Of a DNA stretch of 64,000 nucleotides, positions 24,900-37,675 are shown piece by piece. Source of the DNA: Raillietiella orientalis (Eukaryota); the NCBI GenBank assembly GCA_036172245.1, contig JAYWIR010000012.1, positions 1,550,001-1,614,000 of the forward strand, in the 5' to 3' direction. Both the position numbers and the translations under genes were made by a program. The first letter of the stretch is position 1. Every line of letters starts with the position of its first letter. The notes under the pieces are model-generated. The model was not told where the DNA came from. It was given only the letters and a program-made list of their open reading frames with translations, and did not search any database.

Positions 24900-26600
24900 T
24901 AAACGAACCGCTTGCCAATCTGCTGCTTCAAAAATCCTCTTCATGAAAACTATCTTTCCTTCAATCCTTATTCCTTATTATTCCTTCAATCAATCCTTGC
25001 AGTTCTAGGCACCTGACAAAGCTGATCTTGAGAAAATTTTTGGAGTTATTTTAAGAAAATTTATCGGTACTGCCAGCACTGCCCTCCAGTAATGTACAGC
25101 GCAACACCCCATTTCTTGCTTGTTTTCATTTTTTCCCCCTCATCTTCTCCTGCTTTATACAGTTCTTCTTCTCAAAGCATTTCCTACTGGATTCCGGTCA
25201 TATTCTTGTCCATAGAGACTTCAAGTTTCTTCCTTTTATTCTATGGCGAGACAATTGAATCTCTATCAAGAGAGTCGAACTCATCAATCTTAGCGTGCAT
25301 GGAAATGCCACCATCCTCCGAAAACAGTCGCTCGGGAATGAGTTTTCTGAAGGCGATTCGGAGGGCAGCTGAAGATCTCTTGCGGACCTCGGAGGTTTCG
25401 TTCCGACCGCTGCGTGCAATTCTTCATGGTCCACTCCGCGCACTCGTTCTTCGCGAGATTGCGGGAGCTCACATCCCATCTTGCCTGTCGCTTCCTTCCC
25501 CCTCGCGAAGTCCAAAATTCGCCCCCAGCAAATGGGACCGATCTCCTCACTGCAGATTTTTCCAGAATCATTTGTTTCCAGCAAATTGGACTCCAACAGC
25601 TCATCAATTCTTTCTGGCTTGATGCAGCCAATCGTGGGGCGTGCGGTAAAGTTGAGAGGCATCTGTAGAGCAAAGTTATCTATTTGCGGGAGTGGATCTC
25701 CCACAGAGTGTGACTCTTCGCTCTCGCACAGGTTTGATGTAGAACATCCTTCGTCTCCTTTCCTTGGGAAAAAAAGGATCACGTGCTCTCTGGGATGTCC
25801 GCATCCTGCTCTCCTGATTGTGCAATGGAGACTTCGACAATTATCTGTTACAATTATACGAGCATTTGAGTCCAGGTTCTTTCTCTGTCGATCTTTCCTG
25901 AGGCTTCCAGCGATTTCTTTCCTTTTCAGTACTCCTGTGCATCACGCAATTTTGCCTTTTCCAGATTCGGCAGTGTATTGGGTCCTCGGAGAGTCGTCTC
26001 TGTTTTTCGGAAGTTTCATTATCAGCAGCTTACGGAAGTGATCAGTGCAGAATCATCTTCCGTTGCAGCCATCTGAAGTCGTACTGAGCATTTTAGACAT
26101 TCGAAACACCTTTTGTGTTCAACAAGGGGAACACTGAGGCCATTGCTGAAGACTCTGGTCTCTGAAATCCAAGTCGGCCAAGCTCGGAAGCTGCAAACCA
26201 GTGAGAAGCAAGGGCAATACAGCCCCGAGTGGAGTAGAATGGACGTTCTTGAAAGTAGGAATCTTGGATCTTGCAATAAGAAGATATCGTGATGCAGGTT
26301 TCACAATTTGGAAATGCATGAAAGCAATAGTGAGTGCTGCTACCTCAGTACAAATGTCCATAATGCCTGTCAAAGGAAGGATGGAGAATCCTAGTTTCGT
26401 TGGTGTCCTCAGCATAGCAAAGTTGCGCTGTGCAAATCTTCAGTTGTGCCTGTGGTGAAAATTCCAACGAAGTTTGCATTTCTTTGCAGGAATGCAAAGA
26501 AATGCAAAGAAAAATTTTCCTCTTCAAGATCTCCATCTTGAAGTCCTGATCATTGGAACACCATGGGAAACAACCCGGAAGACATTTCCGATACTCAAAA
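24900..26600 (-). mobile_element. Decayed L1/Tx1-type LINE ORF2, copy M
   Basis: TKLGFSILPLTGIMDIC, GCxLPLLL, AATEDDSALITS (YADD relic), SLHCTIRRAGCGHP (GGLG relic), LHAAVGT..SCP, all in order. Confidence 0.6.
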
Positions 26601-26799
26601 GATAAAAAAATGTAGGATGCAGAGGATCATTCGAGGCAGACTCATTGGTTTCAAAACACACCCGTAAGAGTCCGGCATCTGGTCCTGTAGAACGTCACAT
26701 CCCACAAGACTGCGTCCATGGATCTGGGGTGGAACGTAGTGGTGTCTGTGTACAACTAAGAGCTTCTACAAAGCTCAATTGAATCTATGAGAAATAAGG

Positions 26800-28150
26800 T
26801 GGGAAAGAAGTCATCCCTCACAGAGGAACTTAGGCTGGTGTTTTGTTCCTTGGCAACGCTAAGTTGTCGTATTCTTCTTGAAGAAGCCGCAAATCCTCAA
26901 GGAATCCCCGATCGGCAGCTGATTGGGAAAAACATGGAGGCAAAAGTCGCCGTGAAAGTCAACTATTGACCCCAGGCTACAGGAAAACGCAAGACTTTCA
27001 CGAAGAGATGCTTTGATCCAGGCGAACACGAATAAATCCTCAGTCTTTCCAGTAAAATGTTTCTGTGTGTGTGTTCTGAACGAGTCCTGTGGTTTTCTCA
27101 GACCCCAACAACAAGTGTGAACCTGAAACTTGGACATTCAGGGCACATGCAGCTGAGGTCTGCCCAGGTTTCCAGGAAGGAGAACACAGGAAAATGGATG
27201 TTTGGTGCGCGCTTCCTCCCGAAGCTATTCCAGAGGAAGTACTGCGCTTTGAGTCCAGCAGAAGGTGGCACGGACTAGCTGGTAACGAGCCACATGACCA
27301 GCCCCAATGCCCATGGTATCTGCTGCTCAAAGCCATCGAGAACCCTTCCCTGCTTCCAACGGGATTCTTACGCCTCTTGAATTCGAGTTCCCTGCAAGTC
27401 CAGCTCGTCGCACTGGGGCCGAAGTTTCCATCGAGAAAGAGAGACACCATCCTTCCCATGTCAACAGAGAAAGCTACTCTCGCAGGAAGCCGCCATTCTT
27501 GCCGCTCATGAAGGAAGGTCTCCTAAAAAACTAAAATAAAATAAATGCCTGTGGCATCGGAGACTTCTTATGGAATCCTTGAACGACCACTATACTGTGG
27601 AGGCATTCGTCCAGCTTTTACACTGTGTGCTTGGGGAACCGTCCGTGAGCGAACATTCCAGGTGTCCGCGTTCTCATCAAGCTACCTGATTTCTCTACTT
27701 GATAGAGTTTCCGAAAGAGGGAGAATTTCAAGTTTCCATCTCCTCAATCGAAATCGTACCGCAGTTGCAAATATTCTCTCGAATATTCTTTGCAGTCTTG
27801 AGGCTCCGGACCAGCACAGCCTCGAATCTTGTCCATTTTACACAGTTCCGTTTGCAGCTCCAGGGAAAGAAGGCCTGGGATGCCTCCATCGAGGAGCACC
27901 CACATCCTGTGAAAGCCATGTCCTGTGCTGGACGACGTTGCACGCCTTGCGGCGTTCCCTGCACACGGGGATCTCCTCCTGCTGCCCGCTTCCGCTTCCG
28001 GGGAGGATTCAGCTCAAGGAGATGCCGCGTTTTACGGGCAGGGTCCCTTCCTGACTCATCTTCCAGGCCGCTGCGCCTGCTCCATCACCAACTTCATTAC
28101 CGGGAAGTGCGACCTTCCAGTCAACTCCATCAAGAGAGAGACCCAGCGTG
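26800..28150 (+). mobile_element. Decayed L1/Tx1-type LINE ORF2, copy N
   Basis: PQGIPDRQLIGKN, KRCFDPGEHE (KAFD relic), TSVNLKLGHSGHMQLRS, TGAEVSIEK and APGKEGLGCL. Confidence 0.6.
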
Positions 28151-29080
28151 CCCGCGTCGGAGGCTTTGTGGTTAAGGCTTCCGCGCGTGGCACCATGCGT
28201 CGCGGGTTCGAATACTTCGGCATGAAACTCTGACGCCACTCCGTCGTCGGGTTCCGAATTTCTCCTGCAACGGCGCTGGTTGGCCGAGACATTCGGGCGT
28301 GGCCCCGGCGGTGGATAAAGCCGGCGGCCTCCCGATGAAGTCCGGAACAATGGGAGTCGACCTTCGAGTCCTCCCAGGAATAAAGGAGTGGGGAGTTGTG
28401 TGCAAAGGAGAGTGGACCTCCGTCACCGAGGGACCGCCTCCGGTTTCAAGATGGAGCAGGAGCCCTCACGGGCACCTCTTCAGTTGTTCAAAGGAGCGGA
28501 CCTCCCCTGTTGTGGGGGTCCCTCCGAGTCGTCGCCTCTTCACAGAGTGTGCACAAGGAAGCAAGCGAGAGCGATTCCCTGCGAGAAGCTTCAGGACCTC
28601 TTCGGAATTTCGGAAGCGTCCCTTCGGGGTTCTCTTCAGAGGAGTGAACAAGGAGCGGTTCCCTTGCGGGTTCCCTCCGGAGAAGAAATTCCTACAAGCG
28701 GATCCTTTCCGGGTTCCCTTCGGAAAAGTTGAAATGGAGAGGACCACCCCTCTCCCAGGGGGGCGTCCCTCCAGAGAGAATGAGGAAGGAGATTCCCTTC
28801 AGGGTTCCCCTTCGGAGACAACCAGGGTGGGAGGTGCGATCCCTCCCCAAGCGTGAGAGGAACGGACTCCGAGCCCTTCCTGGATTCATAGGGCGGACCC
28901 TATTCCGGGGTGCCCCCTATCCTGAAGGATTACACTGAAGAATTTACACGCCCTCCCTGCGGTTGCTGCGGGCGGAGGGGCGTGGAAACAAAACAGTGTG
29001 TTAATGTTTAAAAAGAGCCACGTGCGCCGCGAGGCACGCGACCGGCTCTTGAGGTACTTAGTGAACCAAAAAAAAGAAAA
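28151..29080 (+). mobile_element. SINE copy 3 (full length, variant 3' hairpins)
   Basis: CCCGCG..GTGGTTAAGGC..CGTGGCACC..GGGTTCGAATAC head, ~40-bp tandem block ~28620-28830, hairpins at ~28947-28984 and ~29012-29050, GAACC(A)n tail. Confidence 0.85.
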
Positions 29081-29559
29081 CCTTATGTGAGGCTCGCCTT
29101 TCCGTGTCTCAAAGACGTCTGTTTGCGACCTCCATGACCACCTCTTTCTAATGTATCCCTTGGAGAAATTTGGATTCTCTGTGCTGTTTGTGTGTCGATG
29201 CCTCGAATCTCGCTGATGCTGATCTGCAGTTATCGGGATTACCAGCTTGACTGATTGAAAGGATAAATTGGACTACCTGATTTTGCCTGAACGGAAGATA
29301 GTCGCTTCCTGGCTTCTTTCATCTAAGTGCCCTTCCTTACTATCACATCCTCTGCTCTTTCCTTTTGCGAAGAGCACTGCCCTTTCCTGCTGCTCCGAAG
29401 AAGCAGACCTCGCCCTTGAACCTTTTTTTGGGGGAAGGGCAATGGCCCTTCTACTCGTCTCGCCTTCAGGATGGCATTAGAAGGCCGTAAGTTCTGAGAA
29501 AACACCTGTCTTGTGTCCATAGACTGTAGGTCACTGCAGTTAAAGCTCCCCGTTTTAAC

Positions 29560-31260
29560 AGCCGGGTGCGCCGGGGAGTTTATTTGAAAACAAACAAACA
29601 AACATGTGCAGGGCCATCGACCCTACAGCGCCCGAAAGAGTTCGGAACTTGCCGAGTTACCGGCAAGCAGACAGGCGAGGTTCGACTAGGCAGCGGAGGG
29701 GGAACAAAAACAAAAATAAAATAAACTCTATTTACAAAAGCAGGAGGGGCTAGAGAAGGAATCACGTTCCACTGCAGACCATCCTCTACATCCTTTCCAG
29801 TATGCTGGCAAGTTCCATCCGCATACGTCTCAAATGGGGCCATCTGTCTGCCGTTCTCTGGAAGCCCAGTGCGAAGCAGATGGCGTCCTTATCGTGTTGT
29901 CCATCAGTGGCGTAGCTCTAGGCCGCCACAATCCCACGTAGGTAGCAAAGGGCTGCTAGAGTTGAGGCGGGCTAAAGGGCATCGTTCACAAAGAGGCGCT
30001 TGAACACGTCTCTGTAAGCGATCACTGGTGCTCCAAGGGCCGCTGCAAAAAGCAACCACAGAGGCCGGAGGGCAACACAGTCAACAAGCAGTTGCAGAAG
30101 GGATTCCTATTGCCTGCACCTGACTCAGTTTGGGTCCACAGCCCCCTCGTTCAGCGAGATCGGCGAAGTCCCCGGCGAAGTTGCTGGGGAGTCCCCAATG
30201 TAACACCACTCCTGCCACTTCAGAGAAAGGTCCCGGGTATTCTTCAGCACTGGGGACCACTAGAGTACTTCCAACGGGATGCTCAGCAGCTAGCTGCAGT
30301 TCAGTAGTCACTTCGGTGGGGTCGCAGCGTCACTTAGCTAATCCGGGGTCCAATCACCTTGTTCCTTCTCTGTTCCCTATCACACATCGACCTCCCATTT
30401 GGCTGGTTGACTACTGCCCAGGTGCTCCCTGAGGTATGGCAGAGCCGCGGCTAAGGAGGTCCTTTTAGCTTACGCACGCTAGGCGAGCTGCACCTTGATG
30501 TCCTGCAGCGAGCGGCTTGTAAAAGGAGTGCAGCAGTCACTGCCGCAACTCCAGGCTCGCTTCCTTATTCTGGGCCCATGTGCGAAGACTTTCCTACAGC
30601 CAGGCAGTACCATTCGTGAGCCGACAGGATATCCAGGTGTTCGTCCTGGTCAGCTTGGCCACTCGCCGAAGTGCCAGTCCGCAGTAGAACAGGTACCGTC
30701 GTTGGCTGCGCGCGAGGAAGGTAGACAGTCCCGCGCAGCCGCTGACTCTCTGGACCAGGGTTCGTGCAAACTCACACCGGCTCAAAGTAGGTGATGGAGA
30801 GCAAGCGACTCTGGCTGTCGCCCTGCTGTATCCCGCGTCGCACCGGTACGCCAAACAGGTTTCTTCCACTGAAAAAAATGCTGGTCAGCACATCGCGCTA
30901 GCAATAGCGCAAAAAGGCTGTCAAAGAGGCCAGGAAGCCCAAGCGTTCCAGGAGCTCCAGAAGTTCCTGTTCAATGCAGACGAATGCTTTGCGCAATGCT
31001 TTGTTGACTGCAACCGTGGAGGACCCCACGCACTCCCGATCATCCTACGAACCACCAGCGGACGTCCCGGAAATCGGGGTGCTGACCGTGTTTCCTTCGT
31101 TTGTTCTGCTCCGCTGGAACTGAAACCAGACGTTCACGATGAGCAGATTGGCGTCCATGCTCCGCACGGGAGCAGTGTAAGTCTGCTGTGGACTGATGAA
31201 GCTTTCCGCCACTCGCCCCAGTCGCTCCGACCACAATTTCTCCAGCAACCTGGTGTCCAC
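29560..31260 (-). mobile_element. Decayed L1/Tx1-type LINE ORF2 plus 3' UTR, copy C
   Basis: ERLGRVAESFISPQQTYTAPVRSMDANL, LRKAFVCIEQELLELLERLGF, VRCRQ*ESLLQLLVDCVALRPLW; T-rich UTR with AATAAA. Confidence 0.8.
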
Positions 31261-31429
31261 CTTCAAACTCGCCGTGGTTCTCCCACGAGGAGATGAAGTC
31301 CAGGACTCGGGGCTATTTCCAAGGCACCACTGAAGAGGGCAGGCGGACTGGAATCCCAAGATGGATGGGAACCAGGGACGACTTCCCACCTCTTCTTTTG
31401 CATCCTCCTTCGGCTTCACACGCAAGCAG

Positions 31430-31750
31430 GTGTGACAGGGACCGTTAACAAAACTTCCCTTCAGGGAAGAAATAAAAGAATTTTCCCTTACATTACAGTC
31501 GTTTCACCAGCAGCAACCAATCTCTTGCCGGGTACCTTCTCTGAGAAGCAGAGTTCGATTCACCTACTGTCGGTGTCTTGCGCGTGTGCCGAGGGGCCTC
31601 GTGTCAGTGAGAGTGACTTGGGTTGGTTTGCAGAAGTGATTCTGGAAAACTCTGGCTTCCTTCTTCGCTCTCAGAAACGTTCCGAGATGACTTCCCGTGA
31701 CCCCACAGTCACATTGAGTCTTGTCGTCAATAGGGGCAGGCAGACAACAC
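31430..31750 (+). mobile_element. LINE ORF2 C-terminal Zn-motif fragment
   Basis: SEKQSSIHLLSVSCACAEG. Confidence 0.35.
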
Positions 31751-31949
31751 GAAAGTGTTCGTCGACGGCAGATGGAGAGCCCCTTTCTGGAATTCTGAAA
31801 GTGAATCTTCTAACATTTTTCACCCGGTCAGGCAAGAGGGTCTATTCTATAAAAGTAAATCAGTTGGAAACATGCTGGCTCCCAACCGAAGACAAAACAG
31901 GTTCAAGGGGAGGGTCCACCGACACGCAGGTCGGGATATCCAAAAGTAA

Positions 31950-32700
31950 ATAACAGGGGAAAGGAGGGGGTCAAAAAAAAAGAAAGGGAATACGGTGAAA
32001 TGGGACTGGGATCTTTGGGTTTGCTCCGAATGTACAAGGATCAAAAACAAAAAACGATAAACTTCCGGAGAGAACTTTCCCGTTTTTGAGGGAGAACGGA
32101 GCGGGGAATGAGGAAAAAATATAATAAAAGTATGCTGCGGACAAGGATCACCAGTGTCCACCATTTCTTCCTTTCAAAACCAGCTCTGGATGCCGGTGAT
32201 CTCCTTCACTTCCCCTTCCTGGTAGGTCACCTTGCAGACGTTCTCACGAGGGGGACAGCTGCCTTCCCAGCGACCTCCCTCCGCTGTACCACGGAGAGCC
32301 CTAACGATTGCAACGGACTGTTGCTATCACCGCGCCCAGGCGTGTCCATGAAGGACATTTCCCCTAGGGAAGCGTGGTCCAACTGCCTCCAGAAGGCAGA
32401 GTCGGTGCTCGGCCAGTTCCAAGGAGGCAACTTCCTTCCACATTTAAAACACTTTTGTGGCCCCTGTCTTGGATGAATGGATGTTCCAACGGCCAAAATA
32501 GAATGAAGAAGCGATGGCGGGAGAGAGTCCAAGTCGTCAAGGGGTGGGCACAGCCTCTCATTCGGCGGAAATTGTGTGAAAGTTCCCTGTCTAGTAGACT
32601 CCGGTCTCTTATTGGAATGAAATTGGTGCAAATAGGTCATTCCGGGGTGCGGGCAATGGAAGGGAAGAGAGGGCAGTTGAATGAGAGAGAAAAAACCAAC
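31950..32700 (-). mobile_element. LINE ORF2 3' end plus T-rich UTR
   Basis: HSILAVGTSIHPRQGPQKCFKCGRK..SAFWRQL. Confidence 0.55.
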
Positions 32701-32755
32701 TCTGGGATCTTTGGAGCAGCGGTCGCCCTCCTTCAGGAAGCGCAGGCAGAATGAC

Positions 32756-32962
32756 CTTTCCTTCGAGGCTCCAATTCTTCTCGAACTCGGACAGGAACTT
32801 CTTGAGGATTCGCTCCTCACTCTCTTCATTCAGGTACTTCAGGTTGCTCCTCACGCTGTGGATGTTCCGGCAGTTGTGGATACCGATTAACCCGTCTCCG
32901 TTGACATCCATCTGCTGGTACGAAGCTTCGCTGAGTTTCATCCGATTAGTATCCAGGGATGG
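32756..32962 (-). pseudogene. Orphan calcyphosin-like (EF-hand) exon, probably non-functional
   Basis: 69 codons PSLDTNRMKLSEASYQQMDVNGDGLIGIHNCRNIHSVRSNLKYLNEESEERILKKFLSEFEKNWSLEGK match the calcyphosin segment as I recall it (PPMS..R..I..AF.K.D..GDG.IT..DL..VY.V..HPKY..GE..E..IL.KFL..FE..DGK). Followed by GT, preceded by a pyrimidine tract lacking the AG. Confidence 0.8.
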
Positions 32963-33959
32963 TAAAAGCTCGAGCGTGAAAGAATAACAGCGCAAAGAAA
33001 GAGCTGCTACCCTCAAAATCAGGGTGTTCGTCCCAGAGTGAGTCACTTTACTGAGAGCAAACAGAACATTTTATTCCAGGCAGCTGGGCAGCACACATGT
33101 ACGTGCATGCACTCCCTCGAGGGCTCGGAAAAATGCCCTTGCGAAGTGAAAAATAAATCAGCTAAAAGAGGAGGCATTCATCAATGCAGTACTGAGGACT
33201 CTTCTCCGTTCCTGCTTGCGATGAGCAAACATTCAGCCCGGGAACAGCACAGTGCTCATAATTTCTTTGTCTGCTCGCGGAGACGGCCGTGTCTGAGCCA
33301 CGAGCGTTCTGGATGAAAATCTACAAAGACGTGAAGCAAGATGAGAGCAATACTTCGCGGCGACCGTGCCGGATATATTCGGATGGTTTCAGCCAGACTA
33401 CTGATGCGTGGCAGGACGCTCCTTGGTTATGCCGGAACTGCACTCTGTTGCCTTCATAACTCTCGTTAGCTGTTAAGGGAAACCTACGCTGAACGATAAA
33501 GTATTGGACTTTTATGTCTGCAGAGTGGGAGTCACTTCCGGTAGAAGGAAAGACGTGGATGCGCTTCCAGAAAAATCACAACAAAAGCGGATTCGAGTCA
33601 GCTTCCCAATGGCTCCAGACAGACTGACTTGCTCTCCCCATGTGTTCAAGTAAATCTCGATCGCTCGCGGTCGCTGAGGGCGTTCTGCACGACCATCAGC
33701 TGCAGGAAGCACCAGATCGCTCGCCGCAGGTTCTCTACTGGTCTGCAGAGATGCTGTGAATCGGAAGGAAAACCATCTTCGACTGCCTGAAACTGAAATA
33801 CCTCCGGCATCGAGACTGTAGGAGGCGCAACCTCGTCTTGGTTTGAAGGGGACGCACAGGGATGACTCGTTCCAGTCCTAGCAGTAGTGGGGAGCCAAGC
33901 CAAGGAGTTCTGATCGAGAAAGGGGTCCACGAGGTGGGGTAATAACATCTCGCGGTTTT

Positions 33960-34200
33960 TTCGAAGATATTCCTCTAGCAGTTTTCGCAAAGACATGCAC
34001 ATACGTAATTTATTCACAAGTGGTTCTGGTCCTGGGTCCAGACTTCTCCTGCAGCCGGAACATGCCTTTCATTTCTTTTGTAAGAAAACAGCCACCAAGC
34101 AAAAACGTGAGGATCCAAGGTGGGATGGAGAGCACTTGCATTTGACACGCCTGGCGATCCAGTCTGCCGTCCCAGTCTTCTTGCATATGGGGTTGTGGAT
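33960..34200 (-). pseudogene. Decayed RING-HC finger (TRIM-like N-terminus)
   Basis: Across frameshifts: PIC-EDWDG..VLSIPP..TF/FCL..KK*KACSGCRRSL..VNKLRMCMSLRKLLEEY. Confidence 0.5.
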
Positions 34201-34785
34201 TTCTTTGAGGCTTCTCAGGAATCGAGTCTCCAGAATATGAAGACTCGCAGGAGGGCAATTTTTGCTTCTTGAACCGATGACTCAGTCGTGTCACTGGAAA
34301 ATGACGAATCGCATTTATCTTGGCTCCATCTTCCTCATCGCCGATAAGAAGTTGTCTGTCTCTCTCAGTTAACTGATTGAGACGTGCAGGCTTCTCTGAA
34401 AGCCCCTTATCAGATCCTGAGGGAAACTCCAGTTCTTGCTGAGCCACCTTGAGAGCGGTGAAAGTACTTGAAGGGCAGGTGCATGGAGCGTTTTCCTGCG
34501 AGGTCTCTCTCCATCGAAATGCGAAGGACGCAGCTGCCCTGCAGGAGTCGTTCATGAAGGATTGCTTTGCGCGTTCCAGATCTGACTCCATCCTCCGAGA
34601 TGCAGGTTCTCTCGTGCGGAATCCGACTGAGATTTGTTACCAAGCGGCTCCCAGACGGGCTGCCGCAGCCACGATTCTGCAACGCCTCTTCCCCCGACAG
34701 GGGGCCGCTGAGATGCCTTTCACGCAGATTCCGCCGGAAACGATCAGCGTCCTCTTGCTTCCCGGACCAGGAAATCTTCCGCTAC

Positions 34786-35528
34786 TTCTTTTTTGGTTTG
34801 TTAACTACTCAAGAATCGCTCAAGGAAAAGGGGGGTCACGATGCTCTTTGACACTGTACACGGCACCCGAGGTGCCTGTAACTCTTCAATTTATAGAGGG
34901 GTACTCCAGGAGGGACCACCTTATGAATCCTGGAAGGCTCCGGAAGGAGTCCGTTCCCCCTACACATGGGAAGGAATCGCTCGTTTTGGTTGCCTTCGGA
35001 AGGACCACTCCTCATTTCTTCCCTGAAGAGAACCGGACCCACTCCTGAAATTTGTTCTCCGAAGCAAGGGAACCGCTCCTGGTTTCCTATTCTGAAGAGA
35101 ACTCCGAAGAGATGCCGGGGATCTCCTTTTTCAAAGAAGAGTTTGAAGGGATGCTTCCTAATTTCTATGGAGGTAGTTTCCCAAAGGGAGCAACAGAGCA
35201 CTTGACACTCTGGAGAAATAATCCCCGAGGGGGGTGTCAGCCAGCTTTATGGTACGCGATGGAGGGTGCCCCGAAAGATCGGGCGGGTTTCATTTGCACA
35301 ACTAAAGTGGAACCCAAAGGGAACCGGCCCCTGATTCCTGCAAGGACTCCGGGGGGTGAACTTCCATAGCCTACAGGCCAGCCATTGTCATCCTGCCGGA
35401 TAGGAGACTGGAAACCCTCGACGCACCACCCTCCATTTCCTGGCGTCGATCCTTCTCCGGGCGGGATTCGAACCCGCAACGCTCGCTGCCACCCGCAGAG
35501 ACCTCAGCTACAAGGCAGCTAGCGCGGG
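34786..35528 (-). mobile_element. SINE copy 4
   Basis: rc GCGGGTTCGAATCCCGC (35461-35477), shared body and tail. Confidence 0.85.
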
Positions 35529-35714
35529 CATCGGAAGTCCGTGCTCCTAAGCCCGACCTCACGCTGCAAGGCGGCCTTTCTTGACCCGGCTTGCACCTTG
35601 AAGAGCTTTCGTGCGGCTGGTGAACCGCAGGCCTGTCGGCTGCTCGGCAGAAATCTTGCTGAGGGTGCGCCCCTGACTGCGTGCCCCTTTTTTTCCGGGA
35701 AGCTTTTCACCCGG

Positions 35715-35900
35715 TCACGCCGGCGCGTTTATTGAAAATAAACCGGTCAAAGACGATGTCCTTAACCAAAGAAACGACAAGGAGCAAAGAGAAGTTACCG
35801 GCACACAGGCCTGGTTAACAAACCGCTTCCAACAACACTGAGGGAGTAGAGGGATAACACACACACACACACACACACACAAAAAAAAAAAATCTGGAGG
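35715..35900 (-). repeat. Probable LINE 3' UTR remnant containing a (CA)n microsatellite at ~35857-35881
   Basis: Shares GCCGG..GTTTATT(T)GAAAA and GTTACCGGCA..CAGG with 29570-29680; perfect CA run. Confidence 0.45.
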
Positions 35901-37675
35901 CAGGGGTAACGGGTCCGGGAAGTAGTTCTGCCCACTGCGCGCCCTCCCACTTGGAGGCGCTGGAGGCGAGCGCGCAAGCAACCAGGCTTGCGAAAGTGCG
36001 AGTATCGCGAGGCCTTCAGGGTTACTGGAGGCGCCTCCTGGCAGCTCGCCTGTTTCCTCTCGGCGCCCGGCTTATCGAATTCCCGAGCCTCCTCACTTCA
36101 GGGAATCGCCGCTGCCGTGTAGTAGTTATTGCTTAATCTGTTCGCCACTTTCATCCGCTGCTATCAACGGACTTTCTGACAGGTCTCGCTTTTTCATCTG
36201 CTCGTGTCCTTGCGCGTTATCAGCACCGTCTCAGGAGAGCACGGGAGACTCCGCACGATTCAGTCGGGCGCGCGGGAGGCCCACTGCTGAGCAATGAAGA
36301 TGAATGGGAGGGCCGCTTGCATCGGAGATTCGGCGCGGCAGGCGAGTATCACCCGACGCTGCCGCGCCGCGCCGGGACTTCCCGAAGACCGGTCTCGCCT
36401 CTGCTTCGCGCGGGGAAACATCTGGGTAGGGTCTTTTCCCGCGAACTGGAGGAATCGGACCTCGCCGTCTGAATTCCGGCACGGGGGAAGCACGTAACCG
36501 ACAGCCATTCTTGTGCCGCACGAAACTCAGAAACGGGCAGGTTTGTTGTTCCTTCATCCCGTTCTTTCTTCCCGTGGCACCTACAGTGCGCGTGCCGAGG
36601 TCAACGCCTTGCTCTTTGTAAAGGAGCGCATCTGCGCTCCCCAGCAACGCCGGGTTAGGACGGCGGCTTTCGCCCGCACGTGGTTCCGGGCGGAGACCTC
36701 CCCGCCAATCGTTTCGCGCCGCCAGTCCGATGTGCTGGCGCGCATTTTCCCATTGCCTGGAGGAAGGAAGGCATCCGGGTGTGATCCGGGAGGGCGATTC
36801 GATCCCCCTTCGAGGCGAGCACACGGGCTCGTTCGTCGCACCTCACTCCCGCGATTCGCTCCCATCCGGAGGATCGCGTACCCATGTAAGGCTGCAGTTC
36901 GTTTTCATCCCACCACCCTGATTCCTCCCCTGCTCTCTGGGAACCCGTTCCCTTCGACGTCCTCCTCGAGTAGCAGTCCTTCAGCATCCCCCCGAGGCGC
37001 GGAGGCACCCGCCGCCCGTCAGAGGGATGCTGCGGTCCTGGCGAACTCCAGCCAGCACGCAGGGAGAACCGCCAGATACGAGCGGGAGCCTGCGCGCGTT
37101 CCCGGGATCGGGAACCCCAAAGGGAGCTCCCTTGCCCTCGACAGGAGCAAGGGAAGGAGCTCTCGGTAAGAACACGGGAAAACCTCCTTCCTGCTTCCCG
37201 GGCTCCGTACCGCTGAGGTCGTAAAGGCTGGTTAGCCAGACTGCCACCGGGACGACGCCAGCGGGGAAGCCGCCATCCGATCAGCAGATTCTGGGGATTG
37301 GTTCCGGCGGATGGGCACGGAGTGCTCTCGCCGGGAGCTCGATGCTAGGGACGGGGGCACACCGACTTTTCCTCGAGAGCGCGCTGCTCCCACGTTCAGG
37401 AAGGGAGCTTGTTGAAGCGTCGGGGTGGAGGGGGAAGAGGGGTCGACACCTAGGCACGTGAAACACTCTGGAAGACTGTTGGTCCTGCAGAATTCTTCCA
37501 CGCATGCCGATTTCCTTCCTAAGCGACGTGTCCCTGGAAAGCTGGCGAGGTGGATGCACCCTCGTGAGAGGCGACCGACTGGGAAGTGGCCCATCCGAAG
37601 TGGGACCCTTCCGCGGGCAGTCCTTTGAGCTCTTCCTTTTCCGCTGCTCTTCTCCCAGCCTTTCCTTCTCCGGAT

